From Eledone cirrhosa (lineage: Eukaryota), in contig OZ024752.1 in NCBI GenBank assembly GCA_964016885.1, forward strand, positions 7,936,001 through 8,000,000: a stretch of 64,000 bases of DNA, read 5' to 3'. A program made the position numbers and the translations under genes. The notes under the pieces were generated by a model, which was not told the DNA's origin, did not search any database, and saw nothing but the letters and a program-made list of their open reading frames with translations. Below, one piece after another: positions 53,085-64,000 of this stretch; positions within the stretch are counted from its first letter, which is position 1, and each line of letters starts with the position of its first letter.

Positions 53085-54003
53085 TGTTTTTCATTTTTTT
53101 TTTTTTTTTTTTTTTTTTTCATTTTTTTTTTATGCTGTAAACATAAAAAGAAAAGGTAAATGGCTGCTTCTAATGTTTAAAAAAAAAATTTGTGAAGAAA
53201 AGCAATGAAGGTGCTGTTATAAAGTATATGGTAGATTTCGAAATTTTTATTTTTTTAATTTTTATTCTGCCCTAATTGTGTTTCGTTCCTAACTCAAATT
53301 TGTGACATATTTGTTTTAATTATTCCTCAATGGTCCAGCTTTAATTGGTTTTCGTTTATTAAAACAATTTTGTTGTAATTTTTATAATTCTTTAACTCTT
53401 AACATCCTGTACCGTATGAAACCACATTAACAGCACTCTATGTTAAAGAATGTCTAGCCTCTAATACTAGAACTGTTCACAATGATCTGTCCAGTAGTAA
53501 AGATACTATAAACATGTGAACAGAAATATTAGATATTTTTTCTCAATACATCATGTTAAGAGTTAATCTTGTTTTATCCTTGTTTTACTTCATTTTGTGT
53601 GTTTTTAGATTGTTTTCCTGTTTATTTTTTGTTTGAATAGGTTTAAAATTATACAAAATACTTGAATTCTTCCAAAAACTCATCATTCAAAAGTCCTATA
53701 TTTTTGGTTTCCATTGTCTGTCTTTTACATAATTCTATTTTTTTCCTCTCCAACAGACGCCTGTGTTATCCACAAGTCTTTTCTTATTCAAAACATTACC
53801 CATATCACTGACGTTCAGCTGAAATAAACAAAACATTTACACACATTATTTTCTTTTCTTATTTATTTTCTCTCTATTTTCTATTTATTTAATATATTTT
53901 TTGTTTTTGTTTTTGTTGTCTTAACTCTTAACATCCTGATCCACATGAAACCACATTAGCAAGACATTCTTGAAAAGTACAAAATAACACTAACTGCAAC
54001 ACC

Positions 54004-54215
54004 TTAACTCTAACATTTACATTACTCTATATTTACTATTATATTTTCATAGTAAAGGCTTTACCTCACATAATTATCTCACATAATATCAAATCTATGA
54101 GATTTTGATATTAATTTTGAGAACAATAGCTTAATATCAGTATGAGTGGCCGGTTTGAACAGAAAAGTGAGAGAATTCTGACCAGATACGGCCAGTTTAA
54201 ATGCTAAAGGGTTAA
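54004..54215. mobile_element. MITE family 1 monomer
   Basis: TTAA...aatgctaaaggg-TTAA; collinear with 15584-15796. Confidence 0.8.
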
Positions 54216-54386
54216 TATTGAAGTCTTTACACTAATAACTGACTAAATTTTCACGATGTTCTGTCCACTGGTAAAGATAATATAAACATTGAAATTAACA
54301 AATAGATATTTTCTGCTAAATCATTACAGGATGGTAAAAGTTAAGTTTCCTTCACTGTTTCAACCCTGACATCTTGCTATGGTTAT

Positions 54387-54665
54387 GGAGGAGCATGGCC
54401 TAGTGGTAAGGGTGTGGGCTTATGATCATAACATCGTGGATTCGATTCCTGGGCTTGGTTGAATGTTATGTTCATGAGCAAAACATTTCATTTCACATTG
54501 CTACAATACACTCAGCTCAAAATGAGTACCAGTAATAGCTGGAGGGTTAACCCTGCGATGGACTGGTGTCCTATTCAGGGGGAAGTCTTGCACTCTCAGT
54601 CACTTCACGCCATGAAACTGGGATAAGTACCGGTCAGATGAGCTTTCTGGCTTAAGACACTTTAG
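54387..54665 (+). mobile_element. tRNA-derived SINE (third family)
   Basis: A-box TGGCCTAGTGG and B-box-like GATTCGATTCC, followed by catttcatttcacattgct...aatgagtacc. Confidence 0.7.
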
Positions 54666-56000
54666 AATTAGACCCTTGCTATGTTTGTGGTAGGTTAGGT
54701 TCAACTGGGGCCACTGAGTCTGCAGCAAACCAGGCTGGCTATGTGAAGAACACAGCGATGCCTTTCCATAGGCTAGAGCTCTGGGGTGGTGGAATATAGT
54801 CACATATTGTTGGTGGTGGGATGGTGGGATATAGTCACTTACATATATTACAAACTGTGGTTTCATACCTGTCCCTCCTCATCCAGTACAAGGATGCCCT
54901 AAACTATGGTTCCCACTGTGAGATGGGTCAGGTTCCATTGAGATGGGTTGGCTAACTGTCCTGTCCCTTGTCATAACGGAACCATCCAATCCCACACTGT
55001 CAACATGGTTGGTATTTAGGAAGGGCATCCAGCTGTAAAATACCTGACCTCAGTCCTCACCGGAGCAAGGTGTGGCACCTTCCCAGACTTGCCTCCCATC
55101 TAACCCATGGAAGAATGGACACTAAACGATGATGATGATACACACATCTATATTATTGTGTATATATATATGTGTATGTTGTGATATATATGAGTGTATG
55201 TTGAGATATTATACGTAAGTTTATGTTGTGATATTATACATGAGTGTATATTGATATACATGAGTGTATGCTGTGATATTATACATGAGTGTATGCTGTG
55301 ATATTATACATAGGTGTACGTTGCGATATTATACATATGTGTATGTTATTATACATGAGTGTACGTTGAGATATTATACATGAGTCTATGTTGCGATATT
55401 ATACATAAGTATACGTTGTTGTACATGAGTGTATGTTGAGAAATTATACATGAGTGTATGTTGTGATATTATACATAAGTGTATGTTGTGATATTCCAAA
55501 CAGAACAATAAAAACACCAAAACATTTATCCACAGATGTAATATAATATATTGTTATTGTTATAGCTGTACAGGTCTTAGTTGGCCTCCTGTGTGGTTAC
55601 ATCTCATAGGAGGTTTCTTGGCTGTTTTAATGATGAAGGCCTCAGTCTTGTCATATCACCAGTTTTCTGGTGACAGGAATATTACAGCTGGCAACGAATC
55701 CTGCCAGACTCCCAAATAATTCCACCAATCCAATCAACTAGAACATATTTTTCGACTCCAAGAATTGAATGTTTTGCCATATCCTTTCTGGCTTTCTATG
55801 CTCTGAGTTCAAATCCTGCTACGACAGGTTGCAGGTCCATCGCCAGTTTGTGTGGCATGAAATGGAGACTGCAATATATTTTTGGAACAGGCTCCTCTAC
55901 CTAATCTATATCAATTGAGAAACTATTAGTGTTTTGTACATATACAGAACAATTAATATGTAAGTGAATATACTTACTTCATGATGGTAACATTGCTAAT

Positions 56001-57025
56001 ATCATCATCATCATCATCATTTTACGTCCGCTTTTCCCTGCTTGCAAGGGTAGGACGGGTCTTATTCAGCACAGCATCTCTCCACTCGTCACGGTCCCTC
56101 GTCATCTCCACCGTGAGCTTCAATGATCTGAGGTCTGTTCTCACCACCTCCGCCCATGTTTTTCGTGGTCTACCTCTACCACGTCTTCCTTCAACTGGCA
56201 TTTCCTGGCACTTCTTCACCCATCGGTCATCCTCCATGCGCATCACATGTCCATACCACCTCAGTCTCCTCTCCCGTACACTACATTCTATCCCTCTCAG
56301 ACACAGTTTCTCTCTCAACACATTTATGCTGGGTCGTTCACGCACATTTACACTGCACATCCAACGGAGCATGCTTGCCTCATTTCTCTCCAGCCGTCGC
56401 ATATCCTCTGCGGTTGCTGCCCATGTCTCACTACCATGCAGCATCGCGCTCCTCACACAGGCATCATACAACCGGCCTTTCGTACGCAGGGAGAAACCCT
56501 TCTGCGTCAACAGAGGAAGCAGCTCCCTAAACTTCTTCCAACCCGTCCTTATTCTAGATACTATGGCCTCGGAACACCCTCCTCCCATGCTAATCTGATC
56601 TCCTAGGTACCGGAAGCTATCCACCACTTCTATAGCGCCCTCTCGCATTTGAAAAATGTGTCTATCAGTGCGACTTCTACTGTCTAATTTCCCTGTACAT
56701 CTACTGCATACATATTTCTCCCTACCTGTTAGTTTGCCTGCTATCCCGCTACATCTCTTGTGTACCCAGGACCTGCATTGTGTGCATTTTATAGAATTTA
56801 TGCCAGTTCCTTTTCTGCATATCGAACATGGCCATTTCCCTGACGGAATCAGGGTTTTGTCCTCTTTTCTACTCATCAACACTTTTGTCTTAGCTAGATT
56901 TACTCTCAGTCCTCTTGCTTCCAACTGCTGTTTCCATAGCCAGAATTTATTCTCTAGCTCCTCTACTGATTCTGCTATAAGAGCCAGATCGTCAGCATAG
57001 AGAAGTTCCCATGGACAGCCAGTCT
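56001..57025 (-). mobile_element. 5'-truncated RTE-clade LINE with an intact ORF C-terminus (RT motifs 5-7, PHD-like insert, thumb and C-terminal region)
   Basis: LLYADDL, GLRVNLAKTKVL, FRYLG, LRWYGHVMRM, GRRGRGRPRKTW; stop at 56022 directly followed by the (ATG)n tail. Confidence 0.93.
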
Positions 57026-57133
57026 TAAATATATATATATATAAATATATAAAATATTTAAAAAATAATGAATAAAACAAAGAAACAGTTCCTTATATTA
57101 AACAAAAAAAGTTCATTATTTTACGATCGTTTC

Positions 57134-57169
<36 letters not shown>

Positions 57170-57170
<1 letters not shown>

Positions 57171-57330
57171 CATCATCATCATCATTTTACATCTGCTTTT
57201 CCCTGCTTACAAGGGTGGGACAGATATTATTAAGCACAGCATCTCTCCATTCGTCACGGTCCTTTGTCATCTCCTCCGTGAGCTTCAGCGATCTCAGGTC
57301 TGCTCTCAACACCTCCACCCATGTTTTTTG
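57170..57330 (-). mobile_element. RTE LINE 3' end fragment
   Basis: Collinear with 56001-56165. Confidence 0.8.
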
Positions 57331-57612
57331 TGTTCTTATATATATATATATATATTGTCTGCACATTATTGAAGTTGCGTTTCGCTAATTTCTACCCGCT
57401 GAAATGCGATTCTCGCTAAATTATATCTATATATATATAATCATCATTATCATCATCACCGTTTAACGTCCATTTTTCCATGCTAGCATGGGTTTGATGA
57501 GTTGTCCTATTGTGAGATAAACAATGTCTTCCTCATACAGAACTGATTTTGGCTTGGTTTCTACAGCTGAATGCCCTTCCTAGCACCAAATATATATGTA
57601 TATGTATGTGTG

Positions 57613-57672
<60 letters not shown>

Positions 57673-57918
57673 CTTAGGTGGTGAATTTGGTAGAGTCATT
57701 ACAATGTTGGATAGAAAGCTTTGTGGGGTTCTGACTCTACTCTCTGAGTTCAAATCCCAGAGAGGTCAACTTTGCTTTTCATCTTTTTGAAATCAATAAA
57801 AATAAAAAATAAAGTACCAGTCTTGTACTGGGGTCAATTCTTCTTCTATATCTCTTTCTCACTTCCTCTTTCCTTCTCTGGAAGAAATCTGTGTTCAGAC
57901 CTGGAGAGGAGATGGGCT

Positions 57919-58078
57919 CCCCCAGGGGTTACAAAATGCCCAACAAATGCCATGTTACTGTGACTGCCCCAGGAGTTACAAAATGCCCAACAAATGCCAT
58001 ATGTTACTGTGACTGCCCCAGGGGTTACAAAATGCCCAACAAATGCCATATGTTACTGTGACTCCCCCAGGGGTTACA
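57919..58078. repeat. About 49-bp tandem repeat, 3 copies
   Basis: CCCCAGGGGTTACAAAATGCCCAACAAATGCCATATGTTACTGTGACTG. Confidence 0.88.
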
Positions 58079-59029
58079 GTTTTTTTTAACAAAATGTAAT
58101 TGTAATGCTTTTAACTAAACTGCTTTTACAGAGATATTGAAAACAAAACCTTGACACTGGTATTTTATTCTACTTAATATAATTTTGCTTTTTGCTCCTG
58201 AATGATTGAATGTGTGTGTAAGTATATTTGTATGTTTGCGTGTGTGTGTGTATATGTGTGTGTATGTATTTGTGCATGTGTGTATGTATATATGTGTTTG
58301 TGTGTGTGTATATATGTCTATGTATTTGTGCATGTGTGTGTGGACATGTGCGTATATATGTCTGTATATATATGTATATATATATATGTATATGTATACC
58401 AGTGTACTTTGCTCACTAAAACCTTGTCCAAGCTACTGCTGTAATTTATAATTTAAATAAATCTAACATTATTTTCTCCACTATTTCTAATGTTGCTCTT
58501 TTTTTTTTTTTTTTTATATTTCTCAATCTCCAGTTTACTCCATCTAAACCCAAACTATTGGGTCGTCAAGTATGAAATTTGTAGAAAAACAACATATGAC
58601 CATATGCCTCACTACAAATTTCATACTTGACGACCCAGTACATTGGTTCTGTTGATATGTAAACTTAATTATAAATATATTACTAATTACTCTAATCCTA
58701 CTTAAACCCAAACTATGTTGCAGCTGGCATTTATCAACAAACTTTATTTTCTTCTTTCAAGTCTGTTTACTGGGTGCCCTTCCTATCACCAACCCCTTTA
58801 CAGGCTGTACTGGGTAGCCTTCCTATCACCACCTTACAGGGTGTACTGAGTGTCCTTCTCATCACCAACCACCTTACAGAGTGTACTGGGTACATTTCTT
58901 GTGGCACCAACATTAGGAAGATTTGAGTCCTTAACTCAACAGAAGAACCCTCCCTACTCTATGTGGGAGATAGGGAAAGGATGAGGAGTAAGAAGGGTTG
59001 TAAGTATGATGTCACGGTTATGTGACAAG

Positions 59030-59355
59030 TGTGGTGGGATTTAAGTTGGTGGTAAGTCAAACTAATTTAACCTGCCATTACTTCTAGCTATGGTGGAGTA
59101 GTGGGATTTAACAGGGTGGTAAGTCAAACTAATTTAACCTGCCATTACTTCCATCTATGGCGGAGTAGTGGGATTTAACAGGGTAGTAAGTCAAACTAAT
59201 TTAACCTGCCATTACTTCTAGCTATGGTGGAGTAGTGGGATTTAACAGGGTGGTAAGTCAAACTAATTTAACCTGTCATTACTTCTAGCTATGGTGGAGT
59301 AGTGGGATTTAACAGGGTGGTAAGTCAAACTAATTTAACCTGCCATTACTTCCAG
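59030..59355. repeat. 67-bp tandem repeat, about 4.5 copies
   Basis: GGTAAGTCAAACTAATTTAACCTGCCATTACTTCTAGCTATGGTGGAGTAGTGGGATTTAACAGGGT. Confidence 0.9.
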
Positions 59356-59577
59356 CCAGTCGACCCATCAAAGCTGTAATTATCTTCACCAAGAGGAAGA
59401 AATGGAACTAATTGACTTTTCCTCGTCAGAAGTATGCAAAGATCAAATAAATCCCCTGAGACTTTAAAATAGAATATTTAATTCCTTCTAACCATCCATC
59501 AAATGTTTTCAGTGCAGCTCTGATACAGACATTCCTGGTAATTATAGAATTCTTTTATAATCAACTGGTGTGCTGTC

Positions 59578-59635
<58 letters not shown>

Positions 59636-60101
59636 CTGGTGTACTGTCAACTATATATAAATAGCATGTATTACATGTCTAAGAAAACAACAATAAATTT
59701 TTAAATATGTATATTTACTGGCTGACAAATTGTTTCGGAGGCCGAAGAATTCATTTACACATTGAGTAATTAGTGATCCTAAAATTGATAAACGTACAGC
59801 TCTGCATATAATAATTTTGCTAGGCATAATTTCTACGAATTACTCATTTTTTTCGCACGTCTTGCAAACTATACATATTGAGTACACTCACCTTCTCTCT
59901 ACTGGCTTGTAATTTTCTTAACTAATCACTCTCTTCTCCTCTTATATTAGTTCACTTATTATATATGTACAAAGGTCCGACCACCTTTTGATTCCAGAGT
60001 CAGGTCAGATCGATACAGATCGAACCTTGAGCTGATCTGTAGCGAAACGCGCGTCACCAACCAATAAATGTGATGAAGGAGTAATCATTTGTCCTTGTCG
60101 G

Positions 60102-60288
60102 TGGATTGGCAGTATCGGTAGAGGGTTGGACGCCATGCTTTGATGCATAGAGTTACGGCCCTTGCCATTCTGAGTTCAAATCCTGCGGAGATTAACGTTG
60201 CCTTTCATCCTTACGGGGTTGATAGAATAAAGTACCAGTAATACACTGGGTAATTGCTGGCCTTGTGCCAAAAGTAGAAACAATTATT
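60102..60288 (+). mobile_element. SINE family B
   Basis: Collinear with 36853-37037. Confidence 0.8.
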
Positions 60289-60626
60289 ATATATATGTAT
60301 ATATATATATTTATTTATTTGAAAAAAGGAAAAGAATTACTCCATTTGTAGTTGGTATTCTAGAAAAATTTAATTTTATTATTTTATAATTTTGCTATAT
60401 AGATCTAATAAGTCCTTTGTTTACTTCAATGGAAAATTTTTTTTTAATCCTGGTTAACTTTCTGAAGAACCTTCTCGCATTCGTCAGGGGCGATAGCCAA
60501 ACTGATCTAAAGTTGTAATGTGTTGGTGTATATAAAGAATTTGGGTGTGTGTCTGGGGAAGTGGTGTAAAGTATGGAGGGTTTGGAAGCTAAAAGACCTT
60601 TCGGTTAAATATAGGTTTAGAAAGGC

Positions 60627-63600
60627 CCTACAGGATGTAGTAGCTGATAGGTACATATAACCTACAAGATGTAGTAGCTGATAGGTACATATAACCTACA
60701 AGATGTAGTAGTTGATAGGTACATATAACCTACAAGATGTAGTAGCTGATAGGTACATATAACCTACAAGATGTAGTAGTTGATAGGTACATATAACCTA
60801 CAAGATGTAGTAGCTGATAGGTACATATAACCTACAAGATGTAGTAGCTGATAGGTACATATAACCTACAAGATGTAGTAGTTGATAGGTACATATAACC
60901 TACAAGATGTAGTAGCTGATAGGTACATATAACCTACAAGATGTAGTAGTTGATAGGTACATATAACCTACAAGATGTAGTAGCTGATAGGTACATATAA
61001 CCTACAAGATGTAGTAGCTGATAGGTACATATAACCTACAAGATGTAGTAGTTGATAGGTACATATAACCTACAAGATGTAGTAGCTGATAGGTACATAT
61101 AACCTACAAGATGTAGTAGTTGATAGGTACATATAACCTACAAGATGTAGTAGCTGATAGGTACATATAACCTACAAGATGTAGTAGTTGATAGGTACAT
61201 ATAACCTACAAGATGTAGTAGCTGAAAGGTACATATAACCTACAAGATGTAGTAGCTGATAGGTACATATAACCTACAAGATGTAGTAGTTGATAGGTAC
61301 ATATAACCTACAAGATGTAGTAGCTGAAAGGTACATATAACCTACAAGATATAGTAGTTGATAGGTACATATAACCTACAAGATGTAGTAGCTGATAGGT
61401 ACATATAACCTACAAGATGTAGTAGTTGATAGGTACATATAACCTACAAGATGTAGTAGCTGATAGGTACATATAAACTACAAGATATAGTAGTTGATAG
61501 GTACATATAACCTACAAGATGTAGTAGCTGAAAGGTACATATAACCTACAAGATGTAGTAGCTGATAGGTACATATAACCTACAAGATGTAGTAGTTGAT
61601 AGGTACATATAACCTACAAGATGTAGTAGCTGAAAGGTACATATAACCTACAAGATGTAGTAGTTGATAGGTACATATAACCTACAAGATGTAGTAGTTG
61701 ATAGGTACATATAACCTACAAGATGTAGTAGTTGATAGGTACATATAACCTACAGGATGTAGTTGATAGGTACATATAACCTACAAGATGTAGTAGTTGA
61801 TAGGTACATATAACCTACAAGATGTAGTAGCTGATAGGTACATATAACCTACAAGATGTAGTAGTTGATAGGTACATATAACCTACAAGATGTAGTAGCT
61901 GATAGGTACATATAACCTACAAGATGTAGTAGTTGATAGGTACATATAACCTACAAGATGTAGTAGCTGATAGGTACATATAACCTACAAGATGTAGTAG
62001 TTGATAGGTACATATAACCTACAAGATGTAGTAGCTGAAAGGTACATATAACCTACAAGATGTAGTAGCTGATAGGTACATATAACCTACAAGATGTAGT
62101 AGTTGATAGGTACATATAACCTACAAGATGTAGTAGCTGAAAGGTACATATAACCTACAAGATGTAGTAGCTGATAGGTACATATAACCTACAAGATGTA
62201 GTAGTTGATAGGTACATATAACCTACAAGATGTAGTAGCTGATAGGTACATATAACCTACAGGATGTAGTTTATAGGTACATATAACCTACAAGATGTAG
62301 TAGCTGATAGGTACATATAAACTACAAGATGTAGTAGCTGATAGGTACATATAACCTACAAGATGTAGTAGTTGATAGGTACATATAAACTACAAGATGT
62401 AGTAGTTGATAGGTACATATAACCTACAAGATGTAGCTGATAGGTACATATAACCTACAGGATGTAGTAGTTGATAGGTACATATAACCTACAAGATGTA
62501 GTAGCTGATAGGTACATATAACCTACAAGATGTAGCTGATAGGTACATATAACCTACAAGATGTAGTAGTTGATAGGTACATATAACCTACAAGATGTAG
62601 TAGCTGATAGGTACATATAACCTACAAGATGTAGCTGATAGGTACATATAACCTACAAGATGTAGTAGTTGATAGGTACATATAACCTACAAGATGTAGT
62701 AGTTGATAGGTACATATAAACTACAAGATGTAGTAGCTGATAGGTACATATAACCTACAAGATGTAGTAGTTGATAGGTACATATAACCTACAAGATGTA
62801 GTAGCTGATAGGTACATATAACCTACAAGATGTAGCTGATAGGTACATATAACCTACAATATGTAGTAGTTGATAGGTACATATAACCTACAAGATGTAG
62901 TAGTTGATAGGTACATATAAACTACAAGATGTAGTAGCTGATAGGTACATATAAACTACAAGATGTAGTAGCTGATAGGTACATATAACCTACAAGATGT
63001 AGTAGCTGATAGGTACATATAACCTACAAGATGTAGTAGTTGATAGGTACATATAACCTACAAGATGTAGTAGCTGAAAGGTACATATAACCTACAAGAT
63101 GTAGTAGCCGATAGGTACATATAACCTACAAGATGTAGTAGTTGATAGGTACATATAAACTACAAGATGTAGTAGCTGATAGGTACATATAACCTACAAG
63201 ATGTAGTAGTTGATAGGTACATATAACCTACAAGATGTAGTAGCTGATAGGTACATATAACCTACAAGATGTAGCTGATAGGTACATATAACCTACAATA
63301 TGTAGTAGTTGATAGGTACATATAACCTACAAGATGTAGTAGTTGATAGGTACATATAACCTACAAGATGTAGTAGCTGAAAGGTACATATAACCTACAA
63401 GATGTAGTAGCTGATAGGTACATATAACAGCTGTAGTAGCTGATAGGTACATATAACCTACAAGATGTAGTAGCTGATAGGTACATATAACCTACAAGAT
63501 GTAGTAGCTGATAGGTACATATAACCTACAAGATGTAGCTGATAGGTACATATAACCTACAAGATGTAGTAGTTGATAGGTACATATAACCTACAAGATG

Positions 63601-64000
63601 TAGTAGTTGATAGGTACATATAACCTACAAGATGTAGTAGTTGATAGGTACATATAACCTACAACATGTAGCTGATAGGTACATATAACCTACAGGATGT
63701 AGTAGCTGATAGGTACATATAACCTACAAGATGTAGTAGTTGATAGGTACATATAACCTACAGGATGTAGTAGTTGATAGGTACATATAACCTACAAGAT
63801 GTAGTAGCTGATAGGTACATATAACCTACAGGATGTAGTAGCTGATAGGTACATATAACCTACAAGATGTAGTAGTTGATAGGTACATATAACCTACAGG
63901 ATGTAGTAGTTGATAGGTACATATAACCTACAAGATGTAGCTGATAGGTACATATAACCTACAGGATGTAGTAGCTGATAGGTACATATAACCTACAAGA
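60627..64000. repeat. 34-bp minisatellite (31-bp variants) running off the window end
   Basis: CCTACAAGATGTAGTAG(C/T)TGATAGGTACATATAA. Confidence 0.97.

Overview
AT-rich, repeat-dense eukaryotic DNA. The SINE, RTE-LINE and microsatellite repertoire suggests an octopus or other cephalopod (inference). The only supportable host gene is the last two coding exons of a PRA1-family gene (ARL6IP5/PRAF2-like, + strand, 44101-44318 and 49004-49140). Its first exon was not found, so most of the window may be one very large intron. The rest is RTE and CR1 LINE fragments, tRNA-derived SINEs, TTAA MITEs, a mariner remnant, a non-autonomous Helitron and about 20 minisatellites, many expanded from inside those elements. 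Nearly all long ORFs in the track are artefacts of tandem repeats. Main discovery: a near-identical 472-bp tandem array (39512-43091) in which every unit carries a minimal type I hammerhead ribozyme (seven on the - strand, one in an inverted unit on the + strand). This is the layout of a non-LTR retrozyme or hammerhead satellite. A second, unrelated hammerhead with an intact core lies at 52208-52281 (-), and several decayed hammerheads are scattered through the window. An RTE reverse transcriptase carries a C4HC3 PHD-like finger inserted between RT motifs 6 and 7.
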